A DNA stretch of 63,950 nucleotides, filler included, from Octopus bimaculoides (GCF_001194135.2; 11 parts of 10 records of this genome joined end to end with filler, not necessarily neighbours in it); one strand, 5' to 3'; shown: positions 11,801-24,640, numbered from the whole stretch's first letter. The notes: generated by a model not told the origin, from the sequence alone. Translations and numbers: made by a program.

Positions 11801-12419
11801 NNNNNNNNNNNNNNNNNNNNNNNNNNNNNNNNNNNNNNNNNNNNNNNNNNNNNNNNNNNNNNNNNNNNNNNNNNNNNNNNNNNNNNNNNNNNNNNNNNNN
11901 NNNNNNNNNNNNNNNNNNNNNNNNNNNNNNNNNNNNNNNNNNNNNNNNNNNNNNNNNNNNNNNNNNNNNNNNNNNNNNNNNNNNNNNNNNNNNNNNNNNN
12001 NNNNNNNNNNNNNNNNNNNNNNNNNNNNNNNNNNNNNNNNNNNNNNNNNNNNNNNNNNNNNNNNNNNNNNNNNNNNNNNNNNNNNNNNNNNNNNNNNNNN
12101 NNNNNNNNNNNNNNNNNNNNNNNNNNNNNNNNNNNNNNNNNNNNNNNNNNNNNNNNNNNNNNNNNNNNNNNNNNNNNNNNNNNNNNNNNNNNNNNNNNNN
12201 NNNNNNNNNNNNNNNNNNNNNNNNNNNNNNNNNNNNNNNNNNNNNNNNNNNNNNNNNNNNNNNNNNNNNNNNNNNNNNNNNNNNNNNNNNNNNNNNNNNN
12301 NNNNNNNNNNNNNNNNNNNNNNNNNNNNNNNNNNNNNNNNNNNNNNNNNNNNNNNNNNNNNNNNNNNNNNNNNNNNNNNNNNNNNNNNNNNNNNNNNNNN
12401 NNNCAAACAGTTTTAAATA

Positions 12420-12450
<31 letters not shown>

Positions 12451-13375
12451 CACACACATACACACACACAAACGCATATATATGTATATATATATATATT
12501 CATACATGTATATGTATGTAAATTATTCCTCGAGAAGTATGTGACTATATATGATGTATACCTTAAGTCTGTCTGGGTTTTTAATATAAAACTTGCTGCG
12601 AATCTGTCTTACACATTGGTTTGCAAATGAGTGCTAAAATTGTAATTAAATGGCACCATTAATTTCTTTATGTTTTTATCGTTTGTTTTGTAACGCAACT
12701 TGCAAATAGTCTTATTCGAAGTGAAAATTGAAATAAAGACATATTTTTGATCCTCAAATACTTGTTTAATCATTTTATTTCTTTTGTATTTTTTCTCCTA
12801 GATTGCAACGTTTATTTGTGTTTAAATTTCGTGTTTGATTTTTTCTTTCTTTCAATCCTATTCACGCCTCGTCTCCTGAGTTGATTTTATGAAAATAAGG
12901 CAGTTGCATAATTTTCAATTTTCAAACCTTTAAAATTAGACAAAAAACCCAAACTAAACAAAATCATGATTTTCCCAAAATTTGATTTTTCCAATTTTCA
13001 ATTAAAATTATTATAGTTATTATGTAGCTCCAGATTAGCTTTGATCAATGAAATTTTTGATCAAAGACGAGGAAGATTTAGTTGTTTTCCCAAGCAGATC
13101 GAATGACCTTGTAAAACGTTCAGAATGTGTAACAGAATTACAAGTTTATTGTTGTACTGGTAAACAGCAGAGGGCTAGTAGCTTAAGTAGTAAAACTATG
13201 ATGGCTACTAAGAGGTATAAGTTCGCTTCCCACCTACTGCTCAGTTATTTCTTTTCTCTCTGTCTCTCTCTCTGTCTCTCTCTCTGTCTCTGTCTCTCTC
13301 TGTCTCTCTCTCTCTCTCTCGATATATATATATTTATATGTATATATATATATTATATATATATATATATATGCG

Positions 13376-13960
13376 CAGGAGTGACTATGTGGTAAGTAGC
13401 TTGCTTACCAACCACATGGTTCCGGGTTCAGTCCCACTGCATGGCACCTTGGGCAAGTGTCTTCTACTATAACCTTGTGAGTGAATTTGGTAGACGGAAA
13501 CTGAAAGAAGTCCGTCGTATATATGTATATGTATATATGTGTGTGTGTGTTTGTGTGTCCGTGTTTGTTCCCCCAGCATCGCTTGACGACCGATGCGTTC
13601 CGGCAAAAAGAGGCCGATAGAGTAAGTACTAGGCTTACAAAGAATAAGTCTTGGGATTTATTTCCTCGACTAAAGGCAGTGCTCCAGCATGGCCTCAGTC
13701 TGAGGCCATGCTGGAGTAAAAGGGTAATATATATACATAGTTCTGAACTTAGTTCCACTGCGTGGCACCTTGAGAAAGTGTATTTTACTATAGTCTCGGA
13801 TCGACCAAAGCCTTGTGAGTGTATTGCGTGTGTTTGTGTGTGCCTGTGTATCTTTATTTATCCCCCAAAACTCTTGACAACTGGTGTTGGTGTGTTAACG
13901 TCCCCGTAACATAGCGGTTCGGCAAAAAAAAAACACCAATATAATAAGTACCAGGGTTAA
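13376..13960 (+). mobile_element. Two tandem, partly deleted SINE family A copies
   Basis: First copy 13376-13698 ends in a fold-back; the second, 5'-truncated copy spans about 13740-13960. Confidence 0.85.
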
Positions 13961-14064
13961 AAAAGATGACTGGCTATACTCTTTTCCCCTATAATTCATA
14001 TTTCTTTGAATTTTGAATAATAGATATTGATTGATTGATATGTACATGTACACAGACACATGTG

Positions 14065-14092
14065 TATGTATGTATGTATGTATGTATGTATG

Positions 14093-14156
<64 letters not shown>
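14065..14156. repeat. (TATG)n-(TATC)n compound microsatellite
   Basis: Direct inspection. Confidence 0.95.
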
Positions 14157-14157
<1 letters not shown>

Positions 14158-14804
14158 GCGCACGTATGCACTTATATTCCATAAACGCACCGAGCTACCT
14201 AAATTTCGATCATGTGTTCACTTGATCTGATAACAATAACGGCTAAATCTCTCTGAAATCACATCTCCCATCTAACACAAGACATTCTAGGTAGTGCAAT
14301 ATGAATTACTGTATGTGTGAAATATTCCATCCGTGACCATCTCGACTGGCATGCATTTTCTCTGGCGTATACCTAAATAGCACTGATCTATGATGAGACG
14401 ACATCACACACACAAATAAACACACATACATACACACACGCGTGTATACACAGATATACACACATGCACATATACACACACAATGCACAAGACACATACG
14501 CAATACACACAATATATATATATATGTTATTGATCCTATAATAAGGTTAATTGTTCTTCCTGTCGTCAAGTAAAGCTTTCCGTCTTACACACTTAAAATT
14601 GAAGTGCTACAAAGGTGATGACAGAGGAAGTAGATAACTAGACAGATGTGAGAAGGAAGTTCTCATTTGGGATGTAAAAAGAAACGGATTAAATATTAAA
14701 CGCTTTCCACTGATAACAGTAGTGCCATGAGAAAATTGTTATAGATAAATATTTACTGTAAATTACTTAAGATTTACTGGAAACTCAATCTAATTAATAT
14801 ATAT

Positions 14805-15120
14805 TAACAACAGAGACCGCATTAATACTGAGAGGTAATTTTTATCCCCACTTAAATGTAGATGCTCTGTTAGAACAAACTACACAGCAGTAGTTACCGT
14901 GTGAGAAAGTCTCTTATTGGCTTTTGGTGTAAAATGCACTCATGTTTATATCGCTAGCGGGGAGATTGAAAAAAAATATTTATTAGCGAAAGAGGCAATT
15001 TCAATACCGAGAAGTAATTTTTTTTCCCATTTAAATGAGGATGATCTATTAGAACAAACTTTACTACGGTAGCTACCAAGAGAGAAACTCTCATTTTGGC
15101 ATTTTCGTGCAAAGTGCACC
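14805..15120 (+). repeat. Diverged tandem duplication, period about 180 bp
   Basis: AATACTGAGAGGTAATTTT...TTAGAACAAACT...GAGAAAGTCTC...GTGTAAAATGCAC versus AATACCGAGAAGTAATTTT...TTAGAACAAACT...GAGAAACTCTC...GTGCAAAGTGCAC. Confidence 0.8.
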
Positions 15121-15799
15121 TTCGGTGGCAATGCTGGTATTTATTCTTATTGTTTTTGAGTCGCAGGTTAGTTACGGTCCAGCATAAATATGTCCAAATC
15201 TAGTTCCAGCCATAGTTATCTCGTATTTTGCTTTTTCAGATATAGTGTTATCCATGACTATATCAGCAGATTAGTAGAATGTGTGAACTTTAAGAGTGAT
15301 TTGATTAGAATTTCTTGCAAATTTTGCAGTTATATATCACCCCTAAACATCACCATTAAACTAGATTAAACTGCACAAAGGTATCTCCAAAAAATTTGCT
15401 GACAATGCTTTAGATCGGACGCCTCTCTCGTTATATTGTCAATGCCAGGGAAATGAAAATAATTAACATTGCTGTTTAACCCTAGATTAATCATGATCCA
15501 GTAGATCTATGATGAAAAGCTTTCCAGTCGTGACTAGCCATTGTGTGTTTTTCTAGTATCAATGATACATTGCTTCAATGTCTCCTACCCCAGCTTTGTT
15601 TCAGAGTGTATTTGAAGAGGGTTGGCTGTTATTTCTAGTCGATAAAGTTAGTGGACAGAGGCTTCACTCATGGACTTCTCAAAGAGGTTGATCTCTGTGA
15701 AAGATAAAAATTGTAAGAGCGATAAGAAGATTATTTAAAGAATTATAAGGATTTAATTGCCCTATATAGATAAACTACTGCTGCTGCTGCAGTACTATT

Positions 15800-15829
15800 A
15801 GTGTATTATTATTATTATTATTATTATTA

Positions 15830-15900
<71 letters not shown>

Positions 15901-15930
15901 TTTATTATCATTAATATTATTATTAGTAGT
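15800..15930. repeat. (TTA)n microsatellite
   Basis: Direct inspection. Confidence 0.95.
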
Positions 15931-16114
15931 AGTAATAGTAGTTGTAGTACTAGTAACTGTTCTTGAGTAAATTCTTCCGTAGTTCTATAGCTTGTAAATA
16001 AATTCCAGCGTTTGAGAAGCATGACCAGTAAACAAGTGTCACCTTAGTCTTTTGGCTGTGGACAGCCAACACTTTCCATCAAAACAAGCAAAATAAGCTG
16101 TGGATTTTCAGCAC

Positions 16115-16186
<72 letters not shown>

Positions 16187-16199
16187 GCAATAATAATAA

Positions 16200-17092
16200 T
16201 AGCAGAGACTGAAGGATGTTTAATTGCTGCACAAGACCAAAGCCTCCCCACCAGAAATTACCAAAAACATATAATGAAAAGAAACATAACAAATAACTGT
16301 AGAATATGNNNNNNNNNNNNNNNNNNNNNNNNNNNNNNNNNNNNNNNNNNNNNNNNNNNNNNNNNNNNNNNNNNNNNNNNNNNNNNNNNNNNNNNNNNNN
16401 NNNNNNNNNNNNNNNNNNNNNNNNNNNNNNNNNNNNNNNNNNNNNNNNNNNNNNNNNNNNNNNNNNNNNNNNNNNNNNNNNNNNNNNNNNNNNNNNNNNN
16501 NNNNNNNNNNNNNNNNNNNNNNNNNNNNNNNNNNNNNNNNNNNNNNNNNNNNNNNNNNNNNNNNNNNNNNNNNNNNNNNNNNNNNNNNNNNNNNNNNNNN
16601 NNNNNNNNNNNNNNNNNNNNNNNNNNNNNNNNNNNNNNNNNNNNNNNNNNNNNNNNNNNNNNNNNNNNNNNNNNNNNNNNNNNNNNNNNNNNNNNNNNNN
16701 NNNNNNNNNNNNNNNNNNNNNNNNNNNNNNNNNNNNNNNNNNNNNNNNNNNNNNNNNNNNNNNNNNNNNNNNNNNNNNNNNNNNNNNNNNNNNNNNNNNN
16801 NNNNNNNNNNNNNNNNNNNNNNNNNNNNNNNNNNNNNNNNNNNNNNNNNNNNNNNNNNNNNNNNNNNNNNNNNNNNNNNNNNNNNNNNNNNNNNNNNNNN
16901 NNNNNNNNNNNNNNNNNNNNNNNNNNNNNNNNNNNNNNNNNNNNNNNNNNNNNNNNNNNNNNNNNNNNNNNNNNNNNACTTTCAATACAGTAACCATAAG
17001 AGCACCACAGCAAACCACATCACATACCCAAGGTGCACAGAGCTGCGCTCGGTAGTGAAGTGAAAGCACGTTATAAAAATAAAACTACTGAA
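16200..17092 (+). mobile_element. 5'-truncated R4/Dong-type non-LTR element embedded in (AAT)n (middle hidden by a gap)
   Basis: AETEGCLIAAQDQSLPTRNYQKHIMKRNITNNCRI starts right after (AAT)n. A non-coding 3' end follows the gap and runs into another (AAT)n at 17093-17255. Confidence 0.75.
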
Positions 17093-17100
17093 CAATAATA

Positions 17101-17141
<41 letters not shown>

Positions 17142-17186
17142 GATATAAATAATAATAACGACGACGACAACAACAGCAGTAACAGC

Positions 17187-17255
<69 letters not shown>

Positions 17256-17256
<1 letters not shown>

Positions 17257-17772
17257 CCCTGATGCAGTACCAGGCAGTAGCTCTCATGGCTTCTCATCTT
17301 AATTGATTGGAAGTGTTATCATGTACATTGTTTTGTCTTGGTATAAAGGATGGGATGCAGCAAATATTCTGCTTAATACCACAGATTTGCTTGTCAGTTG
17401 CTTGACCTTAACTAGTTGAACATGTCTTAGTGGCTGACGAGATGTGCATCTCTGATCCTAAGCAGAAGTTGAGAGGAATTCTTTGGTGTTTGGATAATTC
17501 ACCTCTGGAAGCTTGGCTGTTTTGTTCAACGTCCTTAAACGACCCTTATTCAGGGACTTTTTGATGGGTTACTCGATCTGAAGAAAATTCTAACTGGGCC
17601 CCACTTGCAAGGTCATGCGCTGTTTGTCTTGATATGAGATTATCATGTCACATATGGTTGTAATGCATGTATCTGGTGTACCCTTATCAGATGGGCTGTC
17701 ATGATGGGTATACTGGGCTTCGTATATTTTACCCTAGTGTTACTTTGGCGGCGTACGCTGCCCTCTCACTCA
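17256..17772. mobile_element. About 515-bp non-coding segment bounded on both sides by (AAT)n; probable non-autonomous element
   Basis: Sharp boundaries at AATGCCCTG and CTCACTCAATAAC against the flanking AAT arrays. Only one copy is in this window. Confidence 0.4.
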
Positions 17773-17777
17773 ATAAC

Positions 17778-17859
<82 letters not shown>

Positions 17860-17860
17860 G

Positions 17861-17967
17861 GGACTACTCGATTACATTGATCCCAGTGTTTCACTGGTAC
17901 TTAATTTATCGACCCCGAAAGGATGAAAGGCAAAGTCATAATTTCATTATTTACCACGAGGGTGAAG
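17861..17967 (+). repeat. Left copy of a 107-bp direct repeat (truncated SINE B plus unique junction)
   Basis: Matches 18799-18905 with 4 mismatches, including the non-SINE part ATAATTTCATTATTT.CCAC.AGGGTGAAG. Confidence 0.9.
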
Positions 17968-17969
17968 AG

Positions 17970-18750
17970 ACATTCATGTATGGATGAAGAGCTCAGGACT
18001 GAAGGATGAAACCGAAGGTTTTATCATAGTAGCACAAGATCAAAGCTTGGTAACCAGGGCTTACCACAACAAAATAATGAACGACGGCACTGACCCGAAA
18101 TTCAGAATGTGCCATGAGCAGGATGAAACAATGGACCGCATCTTACCTGGATGCACAGCGCTTGCAAAAACCGAATATATTCATAGACACGATAGAGTAG
18201 CACTATATATCGATTGGAAGATACGTAAACACTACCAGCTTCCAACTTCAGAAAGATGGTACCAGCATAAACCTGAAACTGTGACCGGAAAAGATGACAA
18301 CAGTACTCTGGGACATGCCAATCAACACCGATAAAGAAACCAAGGCAAACAGGCCGGACATAGTCATCAAAGATAGAAAGAATAAGAAATGCTAATCAAT
18401 ATGTGACAGTACCATCAGAGAGAAATGTGTCCATTAAAGAAGTTGAGAAGTTATTTAAGTACAAAGACCTAGAAGTAGAAGTGACCAAGACGTGGGGAAT
18501 GAAAATCAGCACAGGACCAGTGGTGATTGGAGCGTTAGGGCTAATTAAAAAGGGCCTTGATAAGCAGTTCAACAAACTCCCTTGCAGTATTAACGTGGGA
18601 GAACTTCAGAAAATAGTGTTGTTAGGTTCCGCACACATTTTACGCCGTGTACTCTCCATGAGATGAGGACCTGCTGTGACCCTAGGTTCAAGGGATGATC
18701 CCGGTTCAGCAGAAGATAACGGACCATATTTAATTCTATAAAAAAAAAAT
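17970..18750 (+). mobile_element. R4/Dong-type LINE 3' end: CCHC zinc knuckle and restriction-like (PD-D/ExK) endonuclease, frameshifted, plus 3' UTR
   Basis: SSGLKDETEGFIIVAQDQSL...RMCHEQDETMDRILPGC..LAKTEYIHRHD; NRPDIVIKDRKNK; TVPSERNVSIKEVEKLFKYKDL; PVVIGALG; LQKIVLLGSAHILRRVL. Confidence 0.92.
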
Positions 18751-18756
18751 GATAAT

Positions 18757-18905
18757 ACTTTCTACTATAGGCACAAGGCCCAAACTGTGACGAGGAGAGG
18801 ACTAGTCGATTACATCGATCCCAGTGTTTCACTGGTACTTAATTTATCGACCCCGAAAGGATGAAAGGCAAAGTCATAATTTCATTATTTGCCACAAGGG
18901 TGAAG
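18757..18905 (-). mobile_element. Truncated SINE B, containing the right copy of the 107-bp direct repeat
   Basis: TTTCTACTATAGGCACAAGGCC tail plus a body truncated at GCAAAGTC, the same junction as 17937. Confidence 0.85.
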
Positions 18906-19099
18906 GACGAGGATGACAATGCAAATACAGGCATAAAGTATGGGTGTTAACATATAATGAAATGATAAAAAGAAAGAATGTATACACGGTATACGCTGAA
19001 AAAGAAGTGGCATATGCATAGTATACAAAAGTTTAAAAAAGCGGCGGAGAGGATGATAAAGATGCAGAAAGGCCTCTAGGGATAATTGAGGAACCTCAC

Positions 19100-19600
19100 T
19101 GTTCGACATTTCCCTGAACCTCAGGAGCAAGTACCCTCTCTAATTCCTTCTCCCCGACTCACAGGTCTACACTTACAGAGGTACCATCCACTCTTGCCAT
19201 TTTCGGAACTTTTACCCACCTTTCAATAAACTCCCTCGAGGACAGCACTTCCCTCTCCACTCTCAATTTCCTTTATAAGGAAACTTGAAGAAGTCAATGA
19301 GAGCTCTACCAAAGAGGAATATATCTGTCCTCATGCTTTTCAACCTTATCCATCACATAACCTCTTTCACCACAGCCACTACGCAATGGAAAACTGCCTT
19401 GCCTGCCCGATTCAAGGAAGGCGACGAGCGATCATCACTACAGACTCGGCCGACAGACAGAACCGCCCCACACGTGACAGCAGCTGTTCGGCATAACCCC
19501 CACAAGTCACTAATGACCGAACGCTGAACGAGGGCATGCAGAACGGTTTCGTCACTGCGCGCAGCTCGGACAAGCCTGTCTGACTGTATATCCGTACCTG
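19100..19600 (+). other. GC/C-rich non-SINE segment: degenerate PLE GIY-YIG region or a host terminal exon (19280-19496)
   Basis: A pyrimidine tract ends in AG at 19278-19279, followed by 71 open codons (KLEEVNESS...CLACPIQGRRR...SADRQNRPTRDS...). Weak PLE-like motifs are also present (YHP; C..CP; ADRxxxxxRD). Confidence 0.3.
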
Positions 19601-20653
19601 TAGAGTTTATCTCGAACCAGTAGTGTCCCCTGGTTGTACTACCAGGTCAAGGATAGCTGGAAATTATTCATCATAGTTCCTGACCAGAAATTCCTCGGGA
19701 ACGGCCTAGCCAGTATAACAGTAATAATAAAAATTTCTGTATTGACCACAAAGGATAATAATAATTTCTTTATTGACCTCAAAAAGTTTACATTCAGAAA
19801 AACATTACGGAGAGCACAGAACAAAACATTTAATGCGTGTGTACATATTTGTACGTGTGTGTGTATATGTGTGTATGTATATGCGTGCGTGTGTGTATAT
19901 GTGTGCGGATGCGTATATGTGTGAGTGTGTGTATTTGTGCGCGTGTGTGTTGTGAGAGTTTTGCGTGTAATAAGTTTAACGTAAAAATAAGAAAAAAATA
20001 ACAATGTGTGATCCACGATAGGGTGGAAAACGTTTGAGGGCTGCTTATAGAAAAACCCCATAAAACCATGGGTGCCCTGAATTATCTCCGATTTACAGGC
20101 TTACGCTTAGTTCAGGCCCGTTCACTCGCACCATTTTCGCCCCGCTCATTCACCATTCAACTAAGTGACTGGAAGGCAACGCTTCCCTTTCCGCCCTTAT
20201 TTTTCTCTTCAAGTGAAACTTAAGGAAGTTGATGAAGGATTGGCCAAAGAGAAAAATGTTTGTCTACAGTTCCTTCAATTTCGTCCATCATACGACCTCT
20301 TTTGCCATGGCCGCCAGGCATATAAAACTGCTTGCCCTTCCCGGTTAAAAGAAAGCGAAATAATAATAATGGTAATAATTATGTGTTGATCTGAATGAAG
20401 GATCAGAATATTAAGTTTAAACAGACCTTCTACAACAGTTGACATCGGTGCAGTTATTGATCGGGAACAACGGTGAGTTGGCGGCTGTAGGAGGAGAGAA
20501 GGATGCACAAATTACAGGGTGGCGGTGCAAATCTCCTGCTTCAGCCATCTGGGGAATAAGAATTGGATGTAGTGATTAGTGAGGTGTGTTGTAGAATAGA
20601 TAAATGTGGGGCTAGGTAAGAAAGAGAAACAAAAGAGTAGCGATAGTAAATAA

Positions 20654-20657
<4 letters not shown>

Positions 20658-20735
<78 letters not shown>
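20658..20735. repeat. (GA)n microsatellite
   Basis: Direct inspection. Confidence 0.95.
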
Positions 20736-20740
<5 letters not shown>

Positions 20741-23559
20741 GTGGTTGGTAGGTAGATTCACATACACAAGCACACAAAGAGGCTAGTCATGGGTTTAGAA
20801 AACAAATTCCTCTGTTTCATTGCATCTCGGGTATGTCACACTATTTGTACTATCTTATCTTCACTACAAATCGGTTGCATCTCACAAAAGCACTCCTAGT
20901 ATTAATTATTTCTGAATGGCCTTTATAATGTTCGATGCAAAAATATTTCTTCAGAGTATGTATAAGATGAAATATAATAAAATAAAATAATCAAGGGTTC
21001 TTTATATATTCTTTCCACTAACTTTATATGAAATGCAAAGATTGTTGTGTTATGCAAAGATTGCATTGCTCAATCTTGGAAGTGTTATGAACATCTCTTA
21101 ACACTCCAGATACTTGCTACTCCTGTAAAGGTTACACTTTATCGAAGATTGCAGCTCTCCTTCGAGGAATTTCTACAGACGATATAGTGTCAGAGAATAT
21201 AGGAGAGTCTATCGTGAATCCTATGGAGAGTGTTCTGTCTTCTGTTGAATTTCAGCAGGTGAACATATGGATTAAATCTCCAGCCTTGAGAGTTTGATTT
21301 GATGTTAACTCGTATCAGATTTTCTCTCGTTTGGTACGGAGTTGTCTTTTCTATTGGAAAGACCAACCATTTTTTTGATTTATTTCTTGTCCTGTCATCT
21401 GGTTATGTTTGACTGGTTTAGAAAGTACCAGCTTGATTTCGGAATATTCTGATATTGTAAAAGCTCTGCTAATATTGAATTGTTTATTTGAAACAGCAGC
21501 CGAAAGTTCTCCACAAAATTCTCTATCGCTTTAAAAACATTTGAATATACAATATAATACATTTCTGGATATTGTATATATAAAAAGACGTGGAGCTCAT
21601 ACTTAGAGCGTTATCCTCCCGGTAATGTTTTGTCAAAGTAAACAGTGACAAACGAATATCAAGACCAGGGCTACAGTTGTGTATATGAAGCATAGCTTAG
21701 CCGTTCGGCTAGCAACACTAGGTGTTATAAGTGTCTACATAACAAGACCCTCAGTTGACCCAGCAGCAGCAGCAGCAGTAGCACTCACCATCACCACCAC
21801 CAGCAACAACAACAACGACAGCAACAACAACAATTGCATGTGAATCTCTCATCAAAACTTCCCACCGAAGGGATCTATCAATTTCTCAACTCTTGGCTCG
21901 GTAGCTTCTTACCACAACCACTTAAATACAAACAGATGGCATCATTCTGGTAAGCCCTAGGGTTCTGTTTCGTGCACTATTCTATACATCAGTGCTCCAT
22001 TCCCGTCACATCTAACAACTACCACTCTTATGCGAAAGATACACCCCTTCATTCCTTCATAACCTTCTCCAGCTATACATCATCCACTCGCATCCTATAC
22101 ATCATACGCCAAACCCACACTGATTCCATGAAGGGAGACCTAGAAAGTGTCTTGCAGCGGGGTAAATGTAATCATCTCTTCAAACATAAAAATATCAAGC
22201 AGTAATGACATTAAAGAAACACAATCGCACACATTCCCCTTGAGAGGTAATCAGAACCTTCACGGTTAATGTTGGGTCTCACTGTCACTAAATATCTTTT
22301 CTGCTAAAGACATCTTAATAGAGACCGCTTCCCAAAAACTGTCACTTTTCTTCAAAATCAGGGAGTATTTGCCCCCCAAAATTCTCATACCGTCCTTCTA
22401 AAGATAAGGTGAAGCTCACAGGAGAACATGGATCTCATATCAAGGACGATACTGCTGTTATGCACTCAGGCTGGGACTGCATTTAAAGAAAGAGAGCTGG
22501 CTGATCTCGTACCTACTTCATCCGATCACTCGCGACATACTCATCTTTTTTTATCACTCGTCGCTTTTGTTATGTCCAACACACTACTGCCGCAGTAATA
22601 ACTATCTCTAGTATCTCCTTCCTGAATATCAATTTTCTCATTCATTTCATGCAGATGTTGGTCTGCATAAGTTAAACGGGGCATTAACGACATCAGTTTC
22701 ACCAGTCTTGGACTGACTGTAAAGGTATTGGCACTATCTCTTGCTCCAGTTTAGCAAAAGCAACAGCAGAAGCAACAGCAATAACAACACCAGAAGCACC
22801 GGGAGTAACAACGACAGCAACATAAATAGATAATCAAATCAGTGAAGAGAACGCACAATGTCCAAACAGTACGGTTACATCACATATTAATCATTGAATG
22901 TCAAGATGTGAAATACAGTTTGCAACTAGGCGAAGGTTATGACATAGCAAAACCTATGGTCCTTATGTATGGCAGCAATATTATTCTGTAGACTACGTAC
23001 GTGACATAAGACTTCCTGGTAGGGGAGGCAGGTGCCAGATAGCAACAACAACAACAGCAACAACAACAACAACAACAACAGCAGCAAAAGCAGTAGTTGC
23101 AGCAGCAACAGTAGTAGTAGCAGCAGAAACAAAACAAATCCCGTTACAATTACATCGTCTGCATAGGTGTATTTATTTTAGTAACTATGCAATCATTTAT
23201 GCAACGTATATAAAAACCTAAACACACATTCAAATCTCAATAGGCCGATATTTCAATTAAACAGGTCATTTTCACCTTTAACCATATTATATCACAGATC
23301 GATCTACACCCGGAAAAACATTATTATGATTATACCCTGCTTTCTTTTTTTTTTTGTTATTCTTTCTTGCCCACAAATATCAACGAACGTCTATCGTTTT
23401 CCTTGCCAACCGTTGCTTGTACGTCTCTATATCCTTCTAGACTTCACACACACACACACNNNNNNNNNNNNNNNNNNNNNNNNNNNNNNNNNNNNNNNNN
23501 NNNTTAATTAATTAANNNNNNNNNNNNNNNNNNNNNNNNNNNNNNNNNNNNNNNNNNNN

Positions 23560-24640
23560 GTGGTGGTATCAAACAGTTCCTGGACTAGTTATAATAAATA
23601 CTTTATTTACCTAAGTTTATCATCATTTCCTTCCAAATAGTCACCAAATACACCGGTCCCAGCGTTCCTGGCACTTTTTGGAATACGGCCTGGAAGTCAT
23701 TTTCCGTAAGTGAGTCGGGGACCCCCTGCGACCTTCGCTCTGGATTTCGACAACTGTTTTAAAAAAAGCTTTGCGTTTCATTTCCATCTTGTGGAAAAGA
23801 TGGAAATCCGCAGATGCTAAACATGGCAAATAAGGCGGGTGCGGAGGAGATACTATGTTGTTTTTGGCAAGAAACTCACCGAGAAATACACCGAGAAGAG
23901 TTCGGTGACATTGTCCTCATAAAGAATCCGATTCTTCGCCGAATGTTCTCCATCAAACGTTTCAAAACGTCATAGTAGCACTCTCAATTGACTTTCTGGC
24001 CCCGGGGGTCGAACTCTCGATGTACAATACTGCGGATGCCGAAAAAGAAAAACGATGAGTATGCTCTTGAGGTGCGGCTCTCTCGTGTCTTCTTCGATCC
24101 TGGAGATGAAGTGCTCTTCCATTGTGGTGACTGCTACTTCATCTCAGTGTTTGCGCCCGTAGACCCAACTCTCGTCACCGGTGATGATCCTCGACATGAA
24201 GAATGGGTCATCAGCGATACGCTGACGGAGACCTTGACGACTTGTGGGGTACAAACTTGCCAGAGACACGCCACATGTTCAATTCTGACGTCAGGATTGC
24301 CTGTATGAACTCATATGACAGATCAAAACATCAGCAATGTCATTAATTGTACTCCGACGATCCTCATGCATAAGCTGATGAATTTTTTTTCACATTTTCG
24401 GGGGTGTGATTCGTGAGAGGGCTTCCAGATCGCTCATCGTCTTTCAGGGACGTTCTTCCACTTTTGAAGCGACCGTGTCACTCGAGAACATTGCGTACGA
24501 CACATTGCCACGTCGCCGTAAGCTTGCTGAAGCATGCTCAATGTCTCTGTAGCAGACTTTCCAAGTTTAACGCAAAATTTCCCGTTGGAATTTTGTTCCA
24601 ACTTCCTGACCGTGACAAAATTGCAGACACATACACATGG
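23560..24640 (-). mobile_element. Mariner transposon remnant (degenerate transposase)
   Basis: N-terminal KFCVKLGKSATETLSMLQQAYGD (HTH), IITGDESWVY at about 24160-24190, C-terminal PCLASADFHLFHKM...QERWDRCI. TIR-like GTGGTGGTATCAAACAGTTCC at the gap edge. Confidence 0.92.

Noticed and set aside
17434-17455. CTGACGA followed by a small hairpin
   Set aside because: No GAAA follows the stem.
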